Positions 36,746 to 44,682 of a DNA stretch of 64,000 bases are shown here, piece after piece. Source of the stretch: SAR202 cluster bacterium. Lineage in GTDB: Bacteria > Chloroflexota > Dehalococcoidia > Lucifugimonadales > VGZY01. The first letter of the stretch is position 1; each line of letters opens with the position of its first letter. The notes under the pieces were generated by a model. That model had not been told where the DNA came from. It worked only from the letters and a program-made list of their open reading frames with translations, and searched no databases. The translations under genes were made by a program, and so were the position numbers. The stretch spans positions 15,688 through 79,687 of the forward strand of contig VGZY01000004.1 of the NCBI GenBank assembly GCA_016872355.1. Reading direction: 5' to 3'.

Positions 36746-37576
36746 GGTTACCCCTATCAACAGGCGGCAACTCTCTGTGTTCGAGCGTCTTTTCTTAGCC
36801 GCTATCTTCTTGACAGACTCTTCGGCGGGTAGGTTCTCCGGCATGGTTCCGCCGAGCTTGCCAATAGTTTTCCGGACCTCTTCTCCAACTCTGCGATGGG
36901 TTTCGCGGGCCTCAATCTCACCCTGCACATTCTTCCTTGCGATCTGTGCTTCGGCCTGGGTTATCCGGAACTCGTTTGCTGCTAACTCCGCTCGTCCCGC
37001 GCGGTCTAGCAAGTCCTCCTTGGGCGCAATTCCCTTCTTAGCCTTAATGTCGCCGAGCCCCATTCCGTACAACCCGCGATATCCGGCGTCATGGAACATG
37101 GCATAATTCTGCACTCCGGCTTTCTTCGCTGCGCTGTTTAGATACTTGTTCGCGTCTTTGACACGGTCTCTCAAAGCCATGCGGCGGTCCTCGTCGGACT
37201 GCTGGTCAGCAATTTCCTGTCTCCGGGTTTGCACAGCAAAATAGGTCTGGGCTATGGAAATCTGAGGCTTACTGGGGTCTCCATTCATTGCAATCAAGTA
37301 ACATGCATAGCGCGAAAGGAAGACGTCACGAAGAGGCCTTTTCGCTCCGCTGCCTATCTCGACCATTTTGGTAGTGTCAACAAAATGGTGTTTGGCATCC
37401 ACGCCCGAGCTTTCGCACGCCATGCGCGCCTTCGCGAGAACGTCTTCAAAGTTACGCCACTCGCCATAGCCGAGCAGAAGCTGAAGATCGCGAGCTCTCC
37501 AGAACTCCGCACCGCCCTCAGAAACTTGCCTGGTCTCTTCGATCCTCGCTATTGTGTGTGGCGCATCCATTAGCAT
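36359..37576 (-). CDS. dinD: DNA-damage-inducible protein D (DinD-like); 3' end uncertain
   Basis: The first ~268 aa (..FWRARDLQLLLGYGEWRNFEDVLAKA..ACYLIAMNGDPSKPQI..AQTYFAVQTRRQE..) match DinD. The ORF then continues ~130 codons antisense through the GNAT gene with no stop. Lower GC than the flanks. Confidence 0.7.
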   Translation of the reverse strand: MLMDAPHTIARIEETRQVSEGGAEFWRARDLQLLLGYGEWRNFEDVLAKARMACESSGVDAKHHFVDTTKMVEIGSGAKRPLRDVFLSRYACYLIAMNGDPSKPQISIAQTYFAVQTRRQEIADQQSDEDRRMALRDRVKDANKYLNSAAKKAGVQNYAMFHDAGYRGLYGMGLGDIKAKKGIAPKEDLLDRAGRAELAANEFRITQAEAQIARKNVQGEIEARETHRRVGEEVRKTIGKLGGTMPENLPAEESVKKIAAKKRRSNTESCRLLIGVTLPPLEPHRDGPAVPAEPEGPGDALRRLVGAHRLVLHHKAGLEAVLRGRADGRLPKALPTELRMGDYADVANLAGPHLVARHGDEAVAQVVAERRLLHKIDVAALPVHFRARVFEGPKRVAVRRAELRH

Positions 37577-37603
37577 GCTCCTCGTGCGGCAGAGGCTTAT
37601 CTC

Positions 37604-38773
37604 CTACGTCTCGTCGATGAAGCCCGGAGGCGCGTCTACCTGGTGGGTCATCGTCGGCTTGGGCTGGTACTTGGGGCCCTCGTACACCTTGCCGGCGTAG
37701 ATGATCACCTGCGGCAGGATGCGCTCCTTGCCTACCCTCTTCTCGTGCAGCACGTCCAGGTACGTGAACTTGCCCTTTGCCACTTCGCTGATAGTCACGT
37801 CCGCTATGGTGCCGGGATTGAGGGTGCCGAAGACGCCCTCCTTGCGGATTGCCCTCGCGGGTGTGGAGGTGGACATCTCGATCACCTCTTCCAGCGAGAG
37901 GCCGAGGGCCAGGAACTTGGACATGGTGGTCGGCATGTCGAAGGTGGGGCCGTCCAGGTTGCGGGCGTGGATGTCCGTGCTGATCGTGGAGGGCTTGAGG
38001 CCGGCCTCAAGGCACTTCTCCATAGCCCTGAATGCGAAGCCGCGCGCGCCGTGGCCGACGTCCAGGTACACTCCCCGCTCAACTGCGTCCCAGACGGCGG
38101 GCCATATCTCGCCCTTGTGGTTCCACAGCGGATACCGGAACGACGCGTGGAAGGTGTGGGTCAGGATGTCGCCGGGATTCATGTAGTCCAGCAGGTGCGG
38201 GATCGGCGCGCCGTACGCCTCCGCCATCAGGATGCCGCCGCCGAAGTCCGCCGACTCGCGGGCGAGGGGAAGGGTCAAAAGGTGCTGCGAGTGGTGGTAC
38301 TTCATGCCGATGAGCACGTCGCTGTACCTCTTGATCATCGCGGAGGCCTCGGCTACCGTGGACGGGTTCGGGCCGTGCGGGTCCGGCATACGCGTCAGGG
38401 CGAAAATGCGCGTCTTGGCGGACGCCATATCCGTCTCCCAGTACTGCGGGAACTCCTTCGGCGTGGCGGTGCCGGCGTCCAGCACCGTCGTGCAGCCGTA
38501 GGCCATGCTGGTGGCGTCGGCGGGCACGCTCAGCTTGATTGCCTGGTTCTCGGTGTCCTTCGGACCGGTGGTGTAGTTGTGGGTGTGAAGGTCGATAAAG
38601 CCGGCCGTAACGATCTTCGTCGCGGCGCCTATGACGGTCTTTGCCTCAAGTACAGGCAGGTTGGGCCCGACCGCCGCGATCTTATCGCCCACGATCGCCA
38701 CGTCCGTGATGCCGTTGATATTCTGGGTGGAGTCTATGACTCTACCGCCCTTGATGAGCAGGTCCCACTTCAT
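37604..38773 (-). CDS. Metal-dependent amidohydrolase/deacetylase-family protein
   Basis: 389 aa from MKWDLLIKGGRVIDS...GFIDLHTHNY (HxH metal site), with later DVGHG and STDIH motifs. Confidence 0.75.
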   Translation of the reverse strand: MKWDLLIKGGRVIDSTQNINGITDVAIVGDKIAAVGPNLPVLEAKTVIGAATKIVTAGFIDLHTHNYTTGPKDTENQAIKLSVPADATSMAYGCTTVLDAGTATPKEFPQYWETDMASAKTRIFALTRMPDPHGPNPSTVAEASAMIKRYSDVLIGMKYHHSQHLLTLPLARESADFGGGILMAEAYGAPIPHLLDYMNPGDILTHTFHASFRYPLWNHKGEIWPAVWDAVERGVYLDVGHGARGFAFRAMEKCLEAGLKPSTISTDIHARNLDGPTFDMPTTMSKFLALGLSLEEVIEMSTSTPARAIRKEGVFGTLNPGTIADVTISEVAKGKFTYLDVLHEKRVGKERILPQVIIYAGKVYEGPKYQPKPTMTHQVDAPPGFIDET

Positions 38774-38835
38774 GTAAAGCTCTCCAAATGGTAGTTCTAG
38801 TAGGCAGCATTTTAGCATAAATCATGCGACTATTA

Positions 38836-39246
38836 TTATGTCACCTTCTTGCGGTAAAACGGCAGAAGTGACATTGAATTTACGCCCCTCGCGTAGGTAA
38901 GCCACAATTCGCAAGCGTCCACCGATACTATACGCAGCCCGGAGTTGTGCCTATCGGGATATCCGTTGGGGTGTTCATAGACTTGCCGTAGAGTTGCTAT
39001 CGGTATTAGAAAGTAGTCTTCGGGGTCGCCGCAAATCCACAACTCGAAGTCCGCGGATAGGCTGTTACTGTTGATATTGGATTTAAGCCGACAACTATTT
39101 TTGTATGGTGAACAAAATCGAACATGCACTCTGTAAGTCCCAACTTGATAGTTGGATCTTCCTGCGGGACTGAAGTCTCTGCCATCCGCAATCCACTCGA
39201 TGACACTTTCTTTTGCGCCTATGTTGTTAAGCTGAAAGGCAGACAT
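38836..39246 (-). CDS. Orphan low-GC hypothetical protein (possible small PD-(D/E)XK/AHJR-like nuclease fold)
   Basis: 136-aa ORF in a clearly AT-richer ~430-bp islet. The pattern YRVHVRF...ADFELWICGDPEDYFLIPIATL recalls AHJR-like endonuclease folds; the functional call is weak. Confidence 0.5.
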   Translation of the reverse strand: MSAFQLNNIGAKESVIEWIADGRDFSPAGRSNYQVGTYRVHVRFCSPYKNSCRLKSNINSNSLSADFELWICGDPEDYFLIPIATLRQVYEHPNGYPDRHNSGLRIVSVDACELWLTYARGVNSMSLLPFYRKKVT

Positions 39247-39267
39247 GACAATCTCCCTCCTTAGTAT

Positions 39268-39969
39268 TCAATCCAGCGCATCCGCCAATGTGATGAAGTC
39301 CGTGGTCTCTATGTCCGGCTGGTACGGCGACTCCTCGTACGGCAGTCTGTACCGGTTGACGTACGCCCATCGATAGCCGCAAGCCCGCGCGCCTATGATA
39401 TCGAAAGCGTGCGCGGCGACCATCATGATCTCATGCGGCTCCTTGCCAATCACCATCGCGCCGGTGCGGTAGACGGCCGGGTGCGGCTTGAACACTCCCG
39501 CTTTCTGCACAGAGATGAGCGCGTCCAGCTCACACGGAATCCTGTTCGCCGCGAGGTGCTCCAGGTACGCTTGCTCCCCATTGGACAGCGCGACGAGCTT
39601 GTAGCGCTTCTTGAGCCGCCGCATCCCCTCGGAAACGTCCTTATAAGGCGATAGCCGCTGCCATGCCTGCATAAGCTCTCGTACCTCGTCGTCCGTGAAA
39701 GCGATGCCGTTCAGCCGCAGGGTATAAACCAGCGCTTTCCGGCACGTCTCTAAATAGCCGCTGTGGCCGAGCTGCATCATAGAGTCCTGGTACTGCTCAA
39801 TGCGTTGCCGCCCGCGCCACTGGTCGAAGAAGGTCTCCGCGCTCACGGCGGCCTTCTTCGCCTATAGGAACTGCCGCGTAGGCGGCGTCATGCTGCCGGT
39901 AAGGTCCAGCACTGTGCCGAAAATGTCAAAGGCGAGCGTGTTAACGCGGGACAGATCGGATGTTGTCAT
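39268..39969 (-). pseudogene. HAD-family haloacid-dehalogenase-type II hydrolase, interrupted by one in-frame TAG
   Basis: ATG 39967-39969: MTTSDLSRVNTLAFDIFGTVLDL (DxxGT motif) ...RQFL, then TAG at 39862-39864. It continues in the same frame: AKKAAVSAETFFDQWRGRQRIEQ...LVALSNG...VFKPHPAVY...AAHAFDIIGA. Confidence 0.75.
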
Positions 39970-40013
39970 GCGGTTACCTGAGAGGATCGTGAATTGTTAT
40001 GTCCATTTTACGG

Positions 40014-40883
40014 TCACAATCCCCGCACCCACTCGATCTGCCTTTCCAATCCCTCCACCGGCCCGAACGTCTCCAGCAATATCGTTGCGTCCATGCCACG
40101 GATTGAGCGGTGGAATGGGCGGGGCAATGTGCCGGTGCCGAGGTCTCCGTGGGTGTCTGCACGGCCGCGGGGGTCGTACAGGAAGTTGTCGCTCCAGTGG
40201 ACGTGGCGGACTTTGGGGGCGAGGTCTAGGAATTTCATCAGCTCCCGTTCGCGGTGCTCTGTCGGGAAGCGCTGAACGTATGTGCAGGCGTGGCTGGCGT
40301 CCAGCGTGAGGCCAACGTTGGATTTCCCGATGTCGTCGTACGCCTGCGAGAGATCGTCAGGTGTGACGCCGAAGAACTGGTACGCCTGCTTTGACCAGTC
40401 TACCTGGTCGCCGGTGGTCTCCGGCGCGATGCCGGTCCACTCCAGCCCCTGATTTTCGATCACTATCTCCACGGCGTACTTCGCCGCGTAGTCTGCGATC
40501 TGCCGGTAGCCGTCTATCATGCGGGCGTAGTCGCCGTAGGTGACGCGCGGCGGGTCCGCGTCGCGCCACACCATCGCGTTGAAGTGGATGCTTACCTGTT
40601 TCAGCTTCGGGAAGTCGCGCACCATGTCTATGTAGTCCATGACCGCCCGGATGCATAGCTTCCGGTAGGCGTCGTCCGTTGCGCCGACGTTGAGGCCCAG
40701 GCCATCGATGGACGTAGGGCCGTGGGCGCTGATCATGATGTCGCGATACGGGAGCATCCGGTCGCGGGTGCTGTGTATCTCGCCCTCGACAGCTAGGCCG
40801 AGGCGCTGGAGTGCTTCGAGGGGGTAGTGCATCATGCCGGAGAGCGGCGGACGGCGGAGATTCTGAAAGGTTGCCTGGCGCAT
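40014..40883 (-). CDS. Xylose-isomerase-like TIM-barrel protein (sugar phosphate isomerase/epimerase family), paralogue 1
   Basis: 289 aa. VRHVHWSDNFLYDPRGRADTHGDLGTGTLP and LTLDASHA motifs are shared by all four tandem paralogues. Confidence 0.75.
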   Translation of the reverse strand: MRQATFQNLRRPPLSGMMHYPLEALQRLGLAVEGEIHSTRDRMLPYRDIMISAHGPTSIDGLGLNVGATDDAYRKLCIRAVMDYIDMVRDFPKLKQVSIHFNAMVWRDADPPRVTYGDYARMIDGYRQIADYAAKYAVEIVIENQGLEWTGIAPETTGDQVDWSKQAYQFFGVTPDDLSQAYDDIGKSNVGLTLDASHACTYVQRFPTEHRERELMKFLDLAPKVRHVHWSDNFLYDPRGRADTHGDLGTGTLPRPFHRSIRGMDATILLETFGPVEGLERQIEWVRGL

Positions 40884-40928
40884 CTCACCCTCTCTGTCGC
40901 GACATCTCTCCCATCAAGGGAGAGACAA
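40884..40928. repeat. Degenerate hairpin repeat (CTCACCCTC ... TCTCTCCC-ATCA-AGGGAGAGA)
   Basis: Intergenic between TIM-barrel paralogues 2 and 1, followed by CGACAGC-type heptamer-like units. Confidence 0.6.
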
Positions 40929-40995
40929 AGCAATGAACAGCCGACAGCCGCCCTCACCGGTCCGCAAGCCCGGAGCCGGGAGAGGAACACAGCCG

Positions 40996-41889
40996 CTAAA
41001 GCCCTGCGATGAACTCCATCTGCTTTTCGGTTTCTTCGACGGTGCCGAAGGTCTCCATCAAGACGGTGGCGTCCAGCGCCTTAACGGCTTTGTGGAACGC
41101 GCGGGGCAGCTCGCCTACCCCGAGGAGCTGGTGGGCGTCAGTGAGGCCCGCCGGGCCGGTCAGAGAGCTATCGCTCCAGTGGACGTGGCGGATTAGGTCT
41201 GGCCGCGCAAGGAAGGAGAAGAGGACCTTCTCACGCTCGGCCGCCGGGAAGGTGCGGGCGTAGGTCGTCGCGTGGCTGGTGTCCAGGCAAAGCCCGACGT
41301 TGGGCATGTTGATATCCAGGGCGATCTTGACCCACTCCTCAGGCGATGTGCCGAAGTAGCGGTTCTGCTTGCTCCAGTCCACCTTCATGCCGTCCGTGTT
41401 CGGCGGCAGGAGAGCCCAGTAGCGCGCGTGGTTCTCAAGCGTAAGCTCCAGCTTGCGCTTCGCGGCGTGGGCACCTATTTCCTTGAGCGCGTCGATAAGG
41501 CGGCTATACTCGCCGCGGTTGCCGCGAGTCTGCTCCTTCATCTCTCGCTTACCGATCAGCGAGGGGTGCGGCACGCCGTTCCACTGCTCCGGGCTGAAGT
41601 GGATGTTGACCTTCTTCACATGCGGGAAGTCGCGCATCATATCCAGGTAGTCGGTCGTATCCTTGATCGACATGCGACGCCACTCGTCGTCGGTGGCGGC
41701 GTAGTTCATCCGCAGCTCCTGCATCTCGGTCGGCCCGTGGGCGCTGACCATGACCTCCTTGTACGCGAGCATCTCCTCGCGCGGGCTGTGCATGTAGCCT
41801 TCCACGCCGGCCAGGCCAAGGCGCTTTACGTCTGCAACAGGGAGCTGTTGCATGCCGATTAGAGGGTGCCTTGTAGTTGTCTTGGGCAT
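40996..41889 (-). CDS. Xylose-isomerase-like TIM-barrel protein, paralogue 2
   Basis: 297 aa. IRHVHWSDSSLTGPAGLTDAHQLLGVGELP. Confidence 0.75.
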   Translation of the reverse strand: MPKTTTRHPLIGMQQLPVADVKRLGLAGVEGYMHSPREEMLAYKEVMVSAHGPTEMQELRMNYAATDDEWRRMSIKDTTDYLDMMRDFPHVKKVNIHFSPEQWNGVPHPSLIGKREMKEQTRGNRGEYSRLIDALKEIGAHAAKRKLELTLENHARYWALLPPNTDGMKVDWSKQNRYFGTSPEEWVKIALDINMPNVGLCLDTSHATTYARTFPAAEREKVLFSFLARPDLIRHVHWSDSSLTGPAGLTDAHQLLGVGELPRAFHKAVKALDATVLMETFGTVEETEKQMEFIAGL

Positions 41890-41900
41890 TGGAGATTCCT

Positions 41901-42758
41901 CTACAGTTTGGAAATGTAATCGAGCTCTTCTTCCAGCGACTCCACCGATTCGAAGTGCTCCAGGAGGAGCGTGGCGTTGAGCGACTTAACCTTCTTGTGA
42001 AACTCTCTTGGCAAGCTGCCTTTGCCGAGGAGGACGTGGTGGCCCTTACGGCCGCGCTTATCCATGAGGTAGTTATCGTTCCAGTGCACGTGCGTGATGA
42101 GGTGCGATTGGGCCATGTACGCCATTGCGATCGCGGGGCGCTTCTCGGCGTCGAACAGGGCGGCGTAGGTGCACAGGTGGCTGCCGTCCAGGCACAGGCG
42201 CACGTTGGGGCGGTTGACGTCCTCGCATACCTTGATCCAGGCCTCCGGCGCGACCCCGAATACGTGGTTGCGCTGCGTCCAGTCCACCTCCCACGCCTCC
42301 GTCGTCTCCGGGATGTCCGTCCACTTCAGCGTATCGTTCTCCAGCACCACCTCGATCCCGAACTTCACGGCGAACGCTCCCACCTGCCGGATGCCGTCGA
42401 TAAGCAGCCCGTACTCGCCGACGTGACCGCGCGGCTGCTCGACGTGGAAGTACCGCTGCGTATGGCAGTGGAGGACGACCTGACGGAGGTTAGGGAAATG
42501 CCGCACCTTGTCGATGTAGGCGGTGATTGCGTCGATGGAGAACTGGCGGAACTCGCTGTCCGCTGCGGAGATGTTGTACCGGTACTCGCCGCTGGGCCCG
42601 TTGGGGATGTGGGCGCTGATGATCAGGTCTTGGAAAGCGGTCGTCTTCTCCGGGCTCAGGTCGGTCTTCACCTCGGTCTTGAGGCCGAGGCGGCGGAGGG
42701 TATCGGCTCCGGCCGTCATCGGAGCGGATATGGCGTACTTAGTGCCGACGTTTCTCAC
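41901..42758 (-). CDS. Xylose-isomerase-like TIM-barrel protein, paralogue 3
   Basis: 285 aa. ITHVHWNDNYLMDKRGRKGHHVLLGKGSLP. Confidence 0.75.
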   Translation of the reverse strand: MRNVGTKYAISAPMTAGADTLRRLGLKTEVKTDLSPEKTTAFQDLIISAHIPNGPSGEYRYNISAADSEFRQFSIDAITAYIDKVRHFPNLRQVVLHCHTQRYFHVEQPRGHVGEYGLLIDGIRQVGAFAVKFGIEVVLENDTLKWTDIPETTEAWEVDWTQRNHVFGVAPEAWIKVCEDVNRPNVRLCLDGSHLCTYAALFDAEKRPAIAMAYMAQSHLITHVHWNDNYLMDKRGRKGHHVLLGKGSLPREFHKKVKSLNATLLLEHFESVESLEEELDYISKL

Positions 42759-42768
42759 AGAGGCGCCT

Positions 42769-43629
42769 TTAAAGGCTATTTATGAATTCCAGCTCCCCTT
42801 CGAGCTCTTCAATGGAGTAGAAGTGCTCTATGAGCAGCCACGCGTCCAGGCTCTTGATCGTGCGGTGGAGCTCAATGGGCGTCGTCCCATTGTTGAGGAC
42901 GGTGTGGTTGTCCACCCTGCCCTTCGGGTCGTACAGATAGTTATCGTTCCAGTGGACGTGGCGGATCAGGTCCGGCCGCTTCACGAACTCTAGAATTTTA
43001 TCCTTGCGCTGCTCGGCCGGGAACATGTGCGAGTAGGTGCAGGCGTGGCTGGAGTCCAGGCAGAGCCCCACGTTCGAAAGGTTAATGTCCAGCGCCGCCT
43101 GTATCCACTCGTCCGGCGAGTTGCCGAAACAGGCGTTGCGGTACGTCCAGTCGAACTTGTGCGCCTCCTCTGCGTCGGGGATTCCGACGTAGTACGAGTT
43201 GTTATTCTCCAGCACCATTTCGAGGCCGTGCTTTGCACAGTGGCGGCCGATCTGGCGGAAGCCGTCCACAAGGCGGTCGTATGTCCCTTGCTTGCCGCGC
43301 GTTTGCGTGGCGTCGCTCCACTGGCGGGGCGAGAAGTGGACGTTGATCATCCGCACCTTCGGGAACTGCCGGGCGCGTTCTACGTAGTCGATGATGTGCT
43401 CGATGGACTCCTTGCGGTAATGGTCGTCCACGGCGGCGATGTTCAGGCGCAGGCCGCCCTTCGTGCCGGGCGCGTGGGCGCTGTACATCACCTCGGAGAG
43501 GTGGGCGACGTCCTTGAGATCATCGGACATCGCGGCCTCGGTGATTAGGCCGAGCCGCCTGAGGTTGTCCAGCCCGGCCTTGGTCGTGACGCCGAGCGGG
43601 TGCTTGAGCTGGTTGTATTTCTTCGAAAT
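42769..43629 (-). CDS. Xylose-isomerase-like TIM-barrel protein, paralogue 4 (conserved N-terminus only reachable from an ATT codon)
   Basis: The track ORF starts at ATG 43528-43530. However, 33 upstream in-frame codons (ISKKYNQLKHPLGVTTKAGLDNLRRLGLITEAA) align with the paralogue N-termini (..HPL.G....L.RLGL..). ATT at 43627-43629 lies 8 nt after AGGAG. Confidence 0.65.
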   Translation of the reverse strand: MSKKYNQLKHPLGVTTKAGLDNLRRLGLITEAAMSDDLKDVAHLSEVMYSAHAPGTKGGLRLNIAAVDDHYRKESIEHIIDYVERARQFPKVRMINVHFSPRQWSDATQTRGKQGTYDRLVDGFRQIGRHCAKHGLEMVLENNNSYYVGIPDAEEAHKFDWTYRNACFGNSPDEWIQAALDINLSNVGLCLDSSHACTYSHMFPAEQRKDKILEFVKRPDLIRHVHWNDNYLYDPKGRVDNHTVLNNGTTPIELHRTIKSLDAWLLIEHFYSIEELEGELEFINSL

Positions 43630-43649
43630 GGCTGGTGCTCCTGAAAACG

Positions 43650-44546
43650 TTATCGCTTCGTCGCCTTCCCCAACCCTAACTGCTCCACTGCCTTCTTTAT
43701 GACCTCGCGCTGGCCGGGCCTGAGCGGCGCGAGCGGTGGGCGCGGGTCTCCGCAGTCCATGCCTATGAGATCGCTCACCATCGCCTTCATCCCCGCCAGG
43801 TACTCCACCTGCAAGAGGATGTCAAACGTCTCGGTCGCCTTCTTCTGTGCCGCGACCGCGCGGGCGATGTCGCCTGCCTCGTATGCCCTCTTTATCTCCA
43901 CCCACATCTGCGGCGCGATACCGAGCGGCCCGTCCACACATCCCGTTCCGCCTATCGTGAGCGAGGGGAGGTAGAGGCGGAAGTCGCCGATCAGCGTGGA
44001 GAGGCCCATTTTCGCCTAGTCGACCATCGCGCCGTAGTCCATGGAGGCGTGCTTAAGGCCTACGAGCTGCGGGACCTTCTCCTTTATCTTCGCCATCAGC
44101 GCGGGCGTAATCTCGATGCCCGTCGCGATGGGAAGGTTGTACACGAAGAGCGGCAGGTTTGCGGCCGCGCCGACGACGCGGTAGTACTCGACGACGGCGT
44201 CGTGGCCGGGGTTGAAGAAGTGCGGCGGGAGCGCGCAGATGGCCTCCACGCCCGCCTTCGCGGCGTTCTCCGCGTTCTTCGCCGCGCGCGCCGTCGTGGC
44301 CGCGCCTACCTGCATGATGACCGTGGTGCGGCCCTTGTTCTGGTCCGCGGAAATCTCCGCAATGCGCCTGTTCTCCTCGTCCGTCAGGTATACGCTCTCG
44401 CCGGTGCCGCCGGCCGTCCAGAAGCCGTCGACTCCCGCGCGGATGTTCATCTCCATAACGGCGCGGAAAGCCTCTTCGTTGACCTTGCCGTCCTTCCTGC
44501 TCATCGGCGTGATGGCCGCCGGGAAGACACCCTTGTAATGCTTCAC
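43650..44546 (-). pseudogene. DapA/N-acetylneuraminate-lyase-family (DHDPS-like) lyase, paralogue 1, interrupted by one in-frame TAG
   Basis: GGTGES, YNLP and the catalytic-Lys region VGLKHAS are present. ...MDYGAMVD is followed by TAG at 44016-44018, then AKMGLSTLIGDF... in the same frame. In paralogue 2 the aligned residue is Phe (MIWFSEMGL). The start is uncertain (GTG 44544-44546 proposed). Confidence 0.8.
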
Positions 44547-44682
44547 GTCATGCCTCACATTCCGGCGCGGGTCTCCCGCGCCGCCGACATTGTACCACCG
44601 GGAATTGCCGTTCGCCCTGTCTAAAAACATGTAGCCGCACAGCATTCTGTGCGGCTACATAGTCACGACCTGGCGGTCCAGT

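Noticed and set aside
36746-39267. Prophage or integrative element around dinD and the low-GC orphan gene
   Set aside because: No integrase, recombinase, phage structural genes, tRNA target or flanking direct repeats were found. It is reported only as a compositional anomaly.
11325-44018. Genetic-code reassignment of TAA/TAG (e.g. to Tyr), or pyrrolysine at TAG
   Set aside because: TAG and TAA clearly terminate genes at conserved C-termini in this same window. All three BNR paralogues end WFYGE-TAG, and the vapB TAA abuts the vapC start. No pyl genes are seen, and HAD and DapA families are not known Pyl proteins. I kept only low-level read-through as a remote possibility.
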